Shown: positions 30,160 through 39,598 of the stretch, in pieces
Numbering within the stretch: the stretch's first letter is position 1
How the letters are laid out: each line of letters opens with the position of its first letter
From: Eubacteriales bacterium
GTDB lineage: Bacteria; Bacillota; Clostridia; Oscillospirales; CAG-272
Direction of reading: 5' to 3'
Length of the DNA: 64,000 bases
NCBI GenBank assembly: GCA_050309735.1
Contig: JBNRMS010000035.1
Coordinates: 872-64,871 of the forward strand
Notes under the pieces: model-generated
What the model was told of the DNA's origin: nothing
Seen by the model: only the letters and a program-made list of their open reading frames with translations
Databases searched by the model: none
Translations under genes and position numbers: made by a program

Positions 30160-31089
30160 TTAAAGCGTCAATCCTTTTTTGGCCGGAATGCCGAGGGCTA
30201 TATTCATACACTCAACAGCCGCGCCCGACGCCCCCTTGCCGAGGTTGTCGAACTGCGCGTACAGGGTTATGCGCTCGTCGTTGCCCGCGACTGTTATCTT
30301 CATTTGGTCAAGTCCTGTGAGTGCGCCGCTCGATATGAAGCCCCTGCTGTCAATAGAATCACAATATCGAACAAGACCATTCCTGTATTTGTTTTTGTAT
30401 ATATTAGTGATGTCTCCTGCATTCGCTCCGCTCAGCATCCGGGCAAAAAGCGGGATTGTTATGAGCATTCCGCTGAAATAATCGGCAACGACAGGAGTGA
30501 AGTGCGGCTCGTATACAAGCCGACTTATTGCTCGCATTTCCTTTAAGTGCTTGTGCCGCTGCTCGGTTGCGTAAATTCGAGGTGAGGAATATTCATCTGT
30601 TCTGTCGCCATTCTCATATTCGGCGATCATCTTCTTGCCGCCGCCCGAATACCCGGTCAGAGAGAAGCAGGTTAACTCTGTTTTTGCCGGCAGTATCCCA
30701 GCCTCGGTCAGCGGATATATGAGGGCGATAAAGCCGCTCGCGTGGCACCCCGGCACTGTTATACGTTTTGAATTTTTTATCGCGTTGTGGTGGGCCTCGG
30801 ACAACTCCGGAAAGCCATATGACCAGCCCGGGGCTGTTCGGTGTGCTGTTGAGGTGTCGATAATTATTGTGTCCGGGTTCTCAACCATTCGAACCGCCTC
30901 GATTGCCGCCTCGTCGGGCAGGCAGAGGAAGGCAACGTCGGCCATATCAAGACATTTTTTTATCTCATCGGGATCTTTTCTAAGCTCGGGAGAAATTGAA
31001 ATCAGCTTTATATCATCTCTTGCCTCGAGCCGCTTATAAATTTTAAGGCCCGTGGTGCCGGCCTCGCCGTTAATAAAAACGCTTTTCAT
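30160..31089 (-). CDS. argC: N-acetyl-gamma-glutamyl-phosphate reductase (short type)
   Basis: NGEAGTTG N-terminal NAD fold, catalytic VPGCHASG, ~310-aa form. Confidence 0.88.
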   Translation of the reverse strand: MKSVFINGEAGTTGLKIYKRLEARDDIKLISISPELRKDPDEIKKCLDMADVAFLCLPDEAAIEAVRMVENPDTIIIDTSTAHRTAPGWSYGFPELSEAHHNAIKNSKRITVPGCHASGFIALIYPLTEAGILPAKTELTCFSLTGYSGGGKKMIAEYENGDRTDEYSSPRIYATEQRHKHLKEMRAISRLVYEPHFTPVVADYFSGMLITIPLFARMLSGANAGDITNIYKNKYRNGLVRYCDSIDSRGFISSGALTGLDQMKITVAGNDERITLYAQFDNLGKGASGAAVECMNIALGIPAKKGLTL

Positions 31090-31139
31090 ATAAATATAAA
31101 TCTCCTAAACAAGTGGCGACAATCTCCTCTCGCCGCGCC

Positions 31140-32528
31140 TTATCTGTCTGCCGCGAGATACTCCTCGAACCACTTTATTTGAGCGGCTACCGAGGCAGGA
31201 CAAGTTCCGCCGGCCGAAATGCGCTTAGCAACGCAATTCGCAAGGTCAATTTCGCGATAGAGATCGTCCTCAAAGAGTGGGTCATGTGATTTGTATTCTT
31301 CAAGAGTCAGTTCTTCAAGGACACGGCCGCATTTAATCGAATATGCCACAATTTGCCCAACCGTCTTGTATGCCGCCCTGAAGGGCACGCCTTTTTTTGT
31401 AAGGTAGTCGGCAAGGTCTGTCGCATTGATAAATCCGCGCTGTGCCGCCGCGTACATATTCTCCCCGTTGACCTTCATTGTCTTGAGCATCGGCGCGAAA
31501 ACCTCAAGGCAGATTTTAACCGTATCAACAGCGTCGAATATCGCTTCCTTGTCCTCCTGCATATCCTTGTTATATGCCAGAGGAAGCCCTTTTAGAGTGG
31601 TAAGAAGCGAGATAAGCCCCCCGTAAACTCGGCCCGTCTTGCCGCGTACGAGTTCGGCCATGTCGGGATTCTTTTTTTGAGGCATTATGCTCGAACCCGT
31701 GGTATAGGAATCGTCAAGCTCTATAAACCGAAACTCCCACGACGACCAGAGCACGATTTCCTCAGAGAAGCGCGAGAGGTGCATCATCAGGATTGAGAAG
31801 CAGGAGAGAAGCTCAAGGCAGAAATCTCGGTCGGACACTCCGTCAATACTGTTTCGGACTATCCCGTCAAATCCGAGAGCAGACGCCGTCATCTCTCTAT
31901 CTGTATCATAGGTTGTTCCCGCAAGCGCGCATGAGCCGAGCGGAGACAAATTCATGCGTTTCACAGCGTCACAAATACGTCCAATATCCCGCTCAAACAT
32001 ACTCGCATATGCTAAAATGTGATGTGAAAATGCAACAGGCTGCGCGCGCTGCAAGTGTGTGTAGCCGGGCATGATTACATTCTTATTGGCATTTGCCTGC
32101 TCAACAATCGCCCCTATCATCTCCCTAATCAGGTCGATTATCTCATCGGCTTCGTCGCGCAGATAGAGCCTTGTGTCGAGCGCCACCTGGTCGTTTCTGC
32201 TTCGCGCCGTGTGCAGCTTTTTGCCGGCCTCGCCCACCCTTGCGGTTAGCTCGGATTCGACAAACATATGTATATCCTCGGCACCTGGGTCGAATTCAAG
32301 CTCTCCCGCTTCAATGTCGGCAAGAATTCCCTCAAGGCCTTTTATTATTATATCTGCCTCGCCCTCGGTGATTATTTTACAAGCGGCCAGCATTTCAGCG
32401 TGCGCTATCGAGCCTTTAATGTCCTGACGGTACATTTTTGAATCAAAGCTTATCGAGGAATTGAAGTGGTCTGCTTTTTTATCGAGCGCACCCGAGGCGC
32501 GCCCCGCCCACATCTTATTGCCGCTCAT
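31140..32528 (-). CDS. argH: argininosuccinate lyase
   Basis: Fumarate-lyase signature [12 protein letters not shown]; 4-nt overlap with argG. Confidence 0.95.
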   Translation of the reverse strand: MSGNKMWAGRASGALDKKADHFNSSISFDSKMYRQDIKGSIAHAEMLAACKIITEGEADIIIKGLEGILADIEAGELEFDPGAEDIHMFVESELTARVGEAGKKLHTARSRNDQVALDTRLYLRDEADEIIDLIREMIGAIVEQANANKNVIMPGYTHLQRAQPVAFSHHILAYASMFERDIGRICDAVKRMNLSPLGSCALAGTTYDTDREMTASALGFDGIVRNSIDGVSDRDFCLELLSCFSILMMHLSRFSEEIVLWSSWEFRFIELDDSYTTGSSIMPQKKNPDMAELVRGKTGRVYGGLISLLTTLKGLPLAYNKDMQEDKEAIFDAVDTVKICLEVFAPMLKTMKVNGENMYAAAQRGFINATDLADYLTKKGVPFRAAYKTVGQIVAYSIKCGRVLEELTLEEYKSHDPLFEDDLYREIDLANCVAKRISAGGTCPASVAAQIKWFEEYLAADR

Positions 32529-33751
32529 AAGCCGTTATTCGCTTTCATCTTAGCGTAAACCTTGATCGGCAGGCCGTAGAGATTAATAAATCCGGTAGCC
32601 TCACTCTGGTCGTAGACATTGTCCTCTTCGAAGGTGGCGATGTCGGCGTCGTAAAGCGAGTAGGGCGAGGATACGCCGGCATTAATAAGGTTGCCCTTAT
32701 AGAGCTTGAGAGTGACGTCTCCGGTTACATATTTCTGTGTGGTTTTCACAAAGGCGAGCAGTGCCTCGGTCAGCGGTGTAAACCAGAGCGCAGAGTAAAC
32801 CTGTTCGGCAAGGCGGAGAGCGACAAGCGATTTATAGTGCGAGGTGTCTCGGTCAAGGCATAGGCTCTCAAGAACCTTGTGCGCGTGATAGAGTATCGCT
32901 CCGCCCGGTGTTTCATAGACGCCGCGACATTTTATGCCGACCAGTCGGTTCTCGACAATGTCAAGGAGTCCTATCCCGTTCTCTCCGCCGAGTTTATTAA
33001 GTGTTTTGACAAGCTCAACCGAGTCCATCTTTTTGCCGTTGACCGCCGTCGGAATGCCTGATTCAAAATGCACCGTCACATATGTAGGCTCATCGGGCGC
33101 CATTTCGGGCGAAACGCCCATTTCAAGGAAGCCCTTTTTATTGTATAGAGGCTCGTTTTTCGGATCTTCAAGATCCATTCCCTCATGCGAAAGGTGCCAG
33201 ATATTCTTGTCCTTTGAGTAGTTGGTTTCGCGGCTGATTTTGAGAGGTATATTGTGCGCCTCGGCATATTCAATCTCTTCCTCGCGCGATTTTATGCTCC
33301 ATTCACGCCAGGGGGCTATGATATGCATATCGGGCGCGAAGGCCTTTATGGCCAGCTCAAAGCGCACCTGATCATTTCCTTTGCCGGTGCATCCGTGGCA
33401 GATGGCATCTGCTTGCTCGGCAAGCGCAATCTCGGCTATCCGCTTTGCTATTGGAGGACGTGCGGCAGCCGTTCCAAGCATATAATCCTCATAAAGGGCG
33501 CCTGCCTGAACCAGCGGAAAAATATATTCCTCGAGAAATTCCTTTGTAAGATCTTCTACATAGAGCTTCGATGCTCCTGTCTTGAGGGCTTTCTCCTCAA
33601 GTCCTTCGAGTTCGTCTGCCTGACCGACGTTACCCGAAACGGCGATAACCTCGCAGTTGTTGTAATTTTCTTTGAGCCACGGGATAATTATCGAGGTGTC
33701 AAGTCCCCCGGAATATGCAAGTACAACCTTTTTAATTTTACTTTTATCCAT
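32525..33751 (-). CDS. argG: argininosuccinate synthase
   Basis: [12 protein letters not shown]-PPase motif and [13 protein letters not shown]. Confidence 0.95.
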   Translation of the reverse strand: MDKSKIKKVVLAYSGGLDTSIIIPWLKENYNNCEVIAVSGNVGQADELEGLEEKALKTGASKLYVEDLTKEFLEEYIFPLVQAGALYEDYMLGTAAARPPIAKRIAEIALAEQADAICHGCTGKGNDQVRFELAIKAFAPDMHIIAPWREWSIKSREEEIEYAEAHNIPLKISRETNYSKDKNIWHLSHEGMDLEDPKNEPLYNKKGFLEMGVSPEMAPDEPTYVTVHFESGIPTAVNGKKMDSVELVKTLNKLGGENGIGLLDIVENRLVGIKCRGVYETPGGAILYHAHKVLESLCLDRDTSHYKSLVALRLAEQVYSALWFTPLTEALLAFVKTTQKYVTGDVTLKLYKGNLINAGVSSPYSLYDADIATFEEDNVYDQSEATGFINLYGLPIKVYAKMKANNGL

Positions 33752-33780
33752 TTTATAAACCTCCGGAATGTGTCATTGTT

Positions 33781-33819
33781 AATGCATATATATTACACTA
33801 TAATGCATAATATTGCAAT
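33781..33819 (-). promoter_or_regulatory. argG promoter overlapped by two tandem ARG-box-like operators (putative ArgR/AhrC site)
   Basis: Minus strand has TTGCAA (33818-33813), 17-nt spacer, TAATAT (33795-33790). The 18-mers AATGCATATATATTACAC (33781-33798) and AATGCATAATATTGCAAT (33802-33819) are separated by 3 bp. Both resemble the TGAAT-W4-ATTCA ARG-box architecture. Confidence 0.5.
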
Positions 33820-33919
33820 AGCTTTTTTGATATTTATTAAAGTTTGTCAGTGTTGACCTATTTCTGTTTTTTGGCTTGCTGCCTTTTTGTGATTTTTGAG
33901 TTATGACTATGACTATAGA

Positions 33920-33933
33920 TGCATAATTATGCG
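33920..33933. promoter_or_regulatory. third ARG-box-like palindrome
   Basis: TGCATAATTATGCG, a near-perfect palindrome ~170 nt upstream of the argG start. Confidence 0.35.
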
Positions 33934-33964
33934 AGTTTTATGAGTGTTGATGAATGCCTGCTTC

Positions 33965-34897
33965 TCAGCTTGCAATTAGGTGGTCAATAATTTTTAGTGC
34001 ATCGCGATATCTGTTCTCCTTATTGTCGGACGAAAATAATCCTATTATATATTCGCGGCTACCGTCGTCAAGTGTAACAGTGCAAATAAGATTATAATTC
34101 CCCGCCCCCGCAGAGCCGGTTTTTAGACCGGTGACATATTCGCAAAAAAACTCACTCTCATCGTCAAGCATAAGATTTGTGTTTATCCAACGGTTGGTGT
34201 GGCCGCTGGCATATGTCACATTATCATATTTCATTCCGGCATATTTCATTATTATTTCATTTTGTGAAGCAATCATCGAGATAAGAGCAATGTCTTCGGT
34301 TGTTGTGTAATGGTTGTCGTTATAATATCCATCGGGCGAGGTGAAGCGACTGCCGCAAAGCCCTATCTGCTCGGCGTATTCATTCATTCCGCGAATAAAA
34401 TATTCAACCGCTTCCCTGCCGTCTATATCCTCACTCCCCGCAAGCTTTTTGCCTGCCGCTGCCGCGAGGGCATATGCCGCGTCGTTTCCCGAGGGCAGCA
34501 GCATTCCCTCGATTAACATTTCGACGCTCAGCCTATGGTGCGATTTTATATACGCTATTGATGAATCGGACGCAACAAGCGCAAGCTCGCTCCCGGGGGT
34601 TATAATTTCGTCAAGCCCGAGCAATTCAAGCGCGAAAAGGATTGTGAGCAGTTTAGTTGTGCTCGCCGGATATACAACTAGCTCCTCGCCCTTCTTGTAT
34701 ATAAATTCATGATTTGCAACATCATATACAAAGGCTTGTCCCGACAAAATATCAATGTCAAGCTGCTCAGCAACGCAGGGGATATAGCCCACGTCATTCT
34801 CCGAGTGCAGAACCGCGGCCGGGCGCTCGCCGGCGCATGAGGCAAGCAGCAACAGCGCGGCAATACTTATAATAAGTAATCTTTTTTGAGCTTTCAT
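33965..34897 (-). CDS. serine-type D-Ala-D-Ala carboxypeptidase (peptidase S11), lipoprotein
   Basis: SxxK (ASTTK), SxN (PSGND) and KTG (LKTGSAG) motifs; lipobox LLLASCAG. Confidence 0.88.
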   Translation of the reverse strand: MKAQKRLLIISIAALLLLASCAGERPAAVLHSENDVGYIPCVAEQLDIDILSGQAFVYDVANHEFIYKKGEELVVYPASTTKLLTILFALELLGLDEIITPGSELALVASDSSIAYIKSHHRLSVEMLIEGMLLPSGNDAAYALAAAAGKKLAGSEDIDGREAVEYFIRGMNEYAEQIGLCGSRFTSPDGYYNDNHYTTTEDIALISMIASQNEIIMKYAGMKYDNVTYASGHTNRWINTNLMLDDESEFFCEYVTGLKTGSAGAGNYNLICTVTLDDGSREYIIGLFSSDNKENRYRDALKIIDHLIAS

Positions 34898-34982
34898 AAT
34901 TATGACTTTTCCTTATTTTACTTCATTACATCATACCATATTATAACAACTATTTCAACAGTTAAAACCTCAATATAAAATT

Positions 34983-35010
34983 TGCCCCCATCAATTTTTT
35001 GATGGGGGCA
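34983..35010 (-). terminator. intrinsic terminator after aspS
   Basis: TGCCCCCATCAA / TTGATGGGGGCA 12-bp stem; the minus strand continues AAATTTTAT. Confidence 0.8.
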
Positions 35011-35057
35011 GGATTATTAAGCCAATGTATAACGGGTATTGAAAAGCGCTCTCTTCT

Positions 35058-36434
35058 TTAGGGCCTTAGCCTGTCGCGGTCTCTCGGAAAAGCGGTCGCC
35101 TGCTTGACGTTTTCAAGCCCGAGTATATGTCCGACAATGCGCTCAAGTCCGAGTCCCATGCCGCCGTGAGGGGGCATCCCGTACTTGTGCATAGTCAGGT
35201 AGTCCTCAAATTCAGCGGGGTTCATGTGCCGCTTTTTCATTTTAGCAACCTGTTCCTCGTAGTCATGTATGCGCTGGCCGCCGGTTGTAACCTCAAGGCC
35301 GTTGAGCAGCATATCAAAGCTCAGGGTATAGGTCGGGTTGGCGGGATCGTCCATCGCGTAGAAGGGGCGTTTGACTGTCGGGTAGTGGGTTATGAAAAGG
35401 ACGGGTGAGTTGTATTCTTTGTTGAAATATTCGCCCAGCCACTTCTCTTCCTCGGGCGCAAAGTCGGGCTCGAGCAGCGCTTCTTGCCCCTTTGTGCCGG
35501 GATGCGCGTCGGCAAAAAGTCTCTTTGCCTCGGTGAACTTTATCTTCGGAAAGCGCGTAAGTTCGGGCAGTCTGTTCCCCTTGCCGAGGAAGATCTCAAG
35601 CTCGGGAGCGTATTCCTCGTTTAGTGTGCGGTACATATGCCGGAACATACGCGCCTCAAGTTCGAGCAAATCCTCAAAGGAATTAATGAAGCCCATTTCA
35701 AGGTCAAGCCCTTGAAACTCGTTTATGTGGCGGTTTGTGCTGTATTTCTCGGCTCTGAAAACCGGACCGACGGTGTATGCCTTGCCGAAAACCCCGACCA
35801 TAATCTGCTTATACATCTGCGGGCTTTGGTTGAGATATGCTTTCTCGCCGAAGTAATTAACCTCAAACATATCAGCCCCCCCCTCAGCGCCTGCCGAAAC
35901 GATCTTGGGCGGCACAAACTCGGTGAACCCTTCCTCGCGCAGGAAGGTGCGGAAGGAGTGAAGAACACCGTCACAGACCCTCATGATCGCCCGAACCTTC
36001 GGATTTCGCAGGGTGAGCACGCGGTTGTCGAGCAGGGTATTGAGATTCAGCTTCTCGATCTTTCTGTCGTTGCCGATTTCGACCGGGGGCACGGCCGCCC
36101 TTCCCGACACCCGCATCATCTTCGCTATCATTATATCAAAACCGAGCCGGCTGCGTTCCTCGGCAACAATTGTTCCTTCAATCACCACACACTCCTCAAC
36201 TGCGAAATCCTTTATATCGCAATCCGATCTCTCCGCATCCCAAACGCACTGGAACACAATCCTCGGCGAGCGGATATTGACAAAGGCAAAGCCGCTCATC
36301 AGCTTTATTCGGTGAATCGCGCCCTTAACGGTTACCGGGTCGCCGTCCTTCAGCTCGCCGGAATTGTATTTTTCAATTATCAGCGAGATATCGCTCATAT
36401 CGGCCTTCTTTTCAAAATCAAGAAATTCTATCAT
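35058..36434 (-). CDS. aspS: aspartate--tRNA ligase, archaeal/eukaryal type (type 2), probably non-discriminating
   Basis: Class IIb motifs FRAEKYSTNRHINEFQGLDLEMGF and GGMGLGLERIV, plus the C-terminal FPRDRDRLRP typical of type-2 AspRS rather than AsnRS. Adjacent to gatCAB. Start ATG 36434 is 13 nt after GAAAGG; ORF track start is 36446. Confidence 0.8.
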   Translation of the reverse strand: MIEFLDFEKKADMSDISLIIEKYNSGELKDGDPVTVKGAIHRIKLMSGFAFVNIRSPRIVFQCVWDAERSDCDIKDFAVEECVVIEGTIVAEERSRLGFDIMIAKMMRVSGRAAVPPVEIGNDRKIEKLNLNTLLDNRVLTLRNPKVRAIMRVCDGVLHSFRTFLREEGFTEFVPPKIVSAGAEGGADMFEVNYFGEKAYLNQSPQMYKQIMVGVFGKAYTVGPVFRAEKYSTNRHINEFQGLDLEMGFINSFEDLLELEARMFRHMYRTLNEEYAPELEIFLGKGNRLPELTRFPKIKFTEAKRLFADAHPGTKGQEALLEPDFAPEEEKWLGEYFNKEYNSPVLFITHYPTVKRPFYAMDDPANPTYTLSFDMLLNGLEVTTGGQRIHDYEEQVAKMKKRHMNPAEFEDYLTMHKYGMPPHGGMGLGLERIVGHILGLENVKQATAFPRDRDRLRP

Positions 36435-36615
36435 TATTATGACCATACCTTTCTGTTTTTAGAGGTTTGTGCCGGTACCGGATCCGCCGGTATTGCTGCC
36501 ATCTCCTACAGCTCCAAAGGCACAAATCTTGTTGTTTGAAAGAAAACTTGTTTTCTTACAAACTTCTCCCTTATGCCACCCCGGGGGGCGGCTATATATT
36601 TTTATTTTGGCACAA

Positions 36616-38052
36616 TTATTCGCTAAGCAGCTCTGACACCACCGAATTGACAATATCCGGATTCGCCTTGCCCTGCAGCTTTTTCATTGTTCGGCCGACG
36701 AAGAAGGCGAAAACCTTTGTCTTACCGCTCTTATATTGGGCGACTGTGCCGGGGTTCTCGGCAATCACGGCGGCGGCGGCCTCCCGTATGTGCTGTTCAT
36801 CGTCTATCTGTGTCAGATTGTTGCGTTTTATAAAATCGTTAACGTCAAAATCGTGCGACTCGAAAATCTTCTCAAAGACTCCGCGTGCTGCGGTGCGGTT
36901 TATCTTTCCGCTCCTCACCACTCTCACGAAGTCTGCGAACTGCGCAGGGTTTATATCAATCTCCTCAACCGACATAGATTTTGTGTTCATCAGGTACATC
37001 ATGTCGCCGAGTATCCAGTTGGCTGTTTCCTTTGCGTCGCCGCATAGGGCAACCGTTTCCTCAAAGAGACAGGCAAGCTTCTTTTTGTCGGTTATAAGTC
37101 CGGCATCGTAATCTGAAAGCCCGTATTGTGACATATACCGCACCTTCTTTTCGTGTGCGAGCTCGGGCTGTTCTGCGCGAAGGCGGCTTATCATCTCGTC
37201 GCTTATATAGATAGGCGGGATATCGGGGTCGGGGAAATAGCGGTAGTCCTGCGCGTTTTCTTTTGTGCGCATAGAGAAGCTTTTGCCCTTGTTATCGTCC
37301 CATTTGCGGGTTTCCTGAACAACCTTTCCGCCAGATTCAATAAGCTCAATCTGGCGCCGTGATTCATCCTCAATTGCGCGCTCGATTGACTTAAAGGAGT
37401 TGATATTTTTCATTTCTGTGCGGGTGCCGAACTTATCGCTGCCCGCCGGCCTTACCGAAAGGTTCACGTCGGCCCTCATCGATCCTTCCTCAAGCTTTAC
37501 GTCGGAGATCTCAAGGTATTCAAATGTCGACTTGAGCCAGCCAAGATATCCGAGCACCTCCTCGGCGCTCCTAAAGTCGGGCTCCGAAACTATCTCGATA
37601 AGCGGAACGCCGCAGCGGTTGTAGTCGGGATATGAAAGGTCGCCGTAGGGCGAATGAATCAGTTTGCCCGCGTCCTCCTCCATGTGTATCTCGTGAATCC
37701 GCGCCGATTTTTTCTCGCCAGTGCGGGTGATATAGTCGACCCGGCCGTTTACGGCAAAGGGCAGATAGAGCTGTGAAATCTGATAGGCCTTTGTAAGATC
37801 GGGATAAAAATAGTTTTTGCGGTCGAATTTATTGTATTGATTTATCTCGCAGCCGAGCGCAATCCCTGCTTTTACTGCGTATTTGAGCACCTTTTCATTG
37901 AGAAGAGGCAGTGTTCCCGGCATTCCGATGCAGATCGGGCAGCAGTGCGTGTTAGGCGCACCTCCGAACTCGGTTGTGCAGGAGCAGAATATTTTTGATT
38001 TTGTGGCAAGCTCGACATGAACCTCGAGCCCTATTACAGTTTCCCAATTCAT
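36616..38052 (-). CDS. gatB: Asp-tRNA(Asn)/Glu-tRNA(Gln) amidotransferase subunit B
   Basis: GatB N-terminal pattern MNWETVIGLEVHVELATKSKIFC and a C-terminal YqeY-like domain. Confidence 0.95.
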   Translation of the reverse strand: MNWETVIGLEVHVELATKSKIFCSCTTEFGGAPNTHCCPICIGMPGTLPLLNEKVLKYAVKAGIALGCEINQYNKFDRKNYFYPDLTKAYQISQLYLPFAVNGRVDYITRTGEKKSARIHEIHMEEDAGKLIHSPYGDLSYPDYNRCGVPLIEIVSEPDFRSAEEVLGYLGWLKSTFEYLEISDVKLEEGSMRADVNLSVRPAGSDKFGTRTEMKNINSFKSIERAIEDESRRQIELIESGGKVVQETRKWDDNKGKSFSMRTKENAQDYRYFPDPDIPPIYISDEMISRLRAEQPELAHEKKVRYMSQYGLSDYDAGLITDKKKLACLFEETVALCGDAKETANWILGDMMYLMNTKSMSVEEIDINPAQFADFVRVVRSGKINRTAARGVFEKIFESHDFDVNDFIKRNNLTQIDDEQHIREAAAAVIAENPGTVAQYKSGKTKVFAFFVGRTMKKLQGKANPDIVNSVVSELLSE

Positions 38053-39527
38053 CTGACGTCACCTCCGGGTGTGAGCTTGTGGAAATTTGTCACGCTCTGG
38101 TATGCGTGGCCTGCTCTTAATAGAAGGGGCTCTGAGAGCCGCTGACCGATAAGCTGCGCTCCGATCGGCAGGCCTTGCTTGTCAAAACCGCACGGCACCG
38201 ACAATCCGGGCAACCCCGCGATGTTTGCCGAGGCGGTGAAAATATCCGAGAGATACATCTTAATCGGTTCGGGGATGCTTTTGCCAAGCTCAGGTGCGGT
38301 ACTCGGTGAGGTCGGACAGATTATCAGGTCATATTTTTTGAATATCTGGTCAAACCAGTTCTTTATCTTTGCTTTTACCTTGAGTGCTTTGCTGTAATAA
38401 GCGTCGTAATAGCCCGAGGAGAGGACAAATGTGCCGAGCAGGATTCTCTTTTTAACCTCGTCTCCAAAGCCCTCGCTCCGAGTCTTTTTATAAAGATCAA
38501 GAAGACCGTCGTAGTTTTCGCTGCGGAAGCCGTATTTTATCCCGTCAAAGCGCGAGAGATTTGAACTTGCCTCCGCTGAGGCTATAATATAATAGGTCGG
38601 AACAACATAATCAAGGAAGGGCAGGCTAATTTCCTCAACCACAGCGCCCATTCCCTCAAACACCCCGGCAACAGCCCTCACGCGCTCGGCGATATCGGTG
38701 CTAAGTCCCTCCTTGTTAAAGCACTCGGCAGGGATCCCTATCTTAATTCCCTTAACCTCACCGTCAAGTGCGGCAAGATAGTCGGGGTGTGTGATGTCGA
38801 GCGAGGTTCCGTCAAGCCGATCCTGGCCGCAAATCACATTCATAACGGCGGCGCTGTCGGCGACATCCTTTGTGAGCGTACCTATCTGGTCAAGCGAGGA
38901 AGCGTAGGCGAAAAGCCCGTAGCGCGAGATGGCACCGTAGGTTGGTTTAAAGCCGGTAACACCGCAGTATGAAGCAGGCTGACGGATGCTGCCTCCGGTA
39001 TCCGAGCCGAGCGCAAATGGAGCTTCGCCCGCCGCAACCGCCGCGGCTCCGCCGCTTGACGAGCCGCCCGAGACTCTCTCTAAATTCCACGGGTTTCTCA
39101 CCGCGCCGTAATGCGAAATCTCGCCTGTCGAGCCCATCGCGAATTCGTCTAAATTCAGTTTTCCAAGTAAAATAGCGCCGGCCGCCTCAAGCCGCTCGAT
39201 TACCGTGGCGTTATATATCGGCGTGAAGTTGTCAAGCATTTTTGAGGCGCAGGTTGTCTTGATTCCTTTTGTGCTGATATTGTCTTTGACCGCCACCGGA
39301 ACGCCCGCCAGGGGGGAGCTTATCTCGCCCCGCTCAATTTTTGCCTGCACTTCGACCGCCCTTCCGAGCGCCCGCTCGCGGCAGACGGTGATATATGCGT
39401 TAATATCCTTATCTTTTGTTTCAATAATGTCGAGCACCTGCTCGGTTGCCTCGACGACGCCAATCTCGCCTTGCTTGATTGCGCGGCCGAGTTCAAGCGC
39501 CGTCATTTTTGTTATGTCAATTGCCAT
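38049..39527 (-). CDS. gatA: Asp-tRNA(Asn)/Glu-tRNA(Gln) amidotransferase subunit A
   Basis: Amidase signature GGSSGGAAAAVA and KDNI; start ATG 39527 after GGAGG. Confidence 0.95.
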   Translation of the reverse strand: MAIDITKMTALELGRAIKQGEIGVVEATEQVLDIIETKDKDINAYITVCRERALGRAVEVQAKIERGEISSPLAGVPVAVKDNISTKGIKTTCASKMLDNFTPIYNATVIERLEAAGAILLGKLNLDEFAMGSTGEISHYGAVRNPWNLERVSGGSSSGGAAAVAAGEAPFALGSDTGGSIRQPASYCGVTGFKPTYGAISRYGLFAYASSLDQIGTLTKDVADSAAVMNVICGQDRLDGTSLDITHPDYLAALDGEVKGIKIGIPAECFNKEGLSTDIAERVRAVAGVFEGMGAVVEEISLPFLDYVVPTYYIIASAEASSNLSRFDGIKYGFRSENYDGLLDLYKKTRSEGFGDEVKKRILLGTFVLSSGYYDAYYSKALKVKAKIKNWFDQIFKKYDLIICPTSPSTAPELGKSIPEPIKMYLSDIFTASANIAGLPGLSVPCGFDKQGLPIGAQLIGQRLSEPLLLRAGHAYQSVTNFHKLTPGGDVR

Positions 39528-39598
39528 AAAAACCTCCATGCCGCCCGAGAAGCGGCTTATTTAATCGTGAAAAGCTACATTCGGTAACTTTTACGCTG

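Noticed and set aside
33903-33916. Short tandem repeat ATGACTATGACTAT upstream of argG; the window was also checked for CRISPR-like spaced repeats
   Set aside because: There are only two 6-nt units and no spacer-repeat periodicity anywhere in the window.
35637-36539. 300-aa plus-strand ORF, the longest unexplained ORF in the track
   Set aside because: It lies entirely antisense to the strongly supported aspS gene and its leader. It has no SD and a low-complexity, Arg/Leu/His-rich composition typical of shadow frames.
36447-36615. Suspected second T-box in the gatB-aspS spacer (GGGGTGGCAT and GGTACCGGC resemble T-box fragments)
   Set aside because: There is no contiguous GGGTGGTACCGCG core, no terminator/antiterminator pair with a U-tract, no Stem I elements and only ~170 nt of sequence. 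The true T-box lies upstream of gatC.
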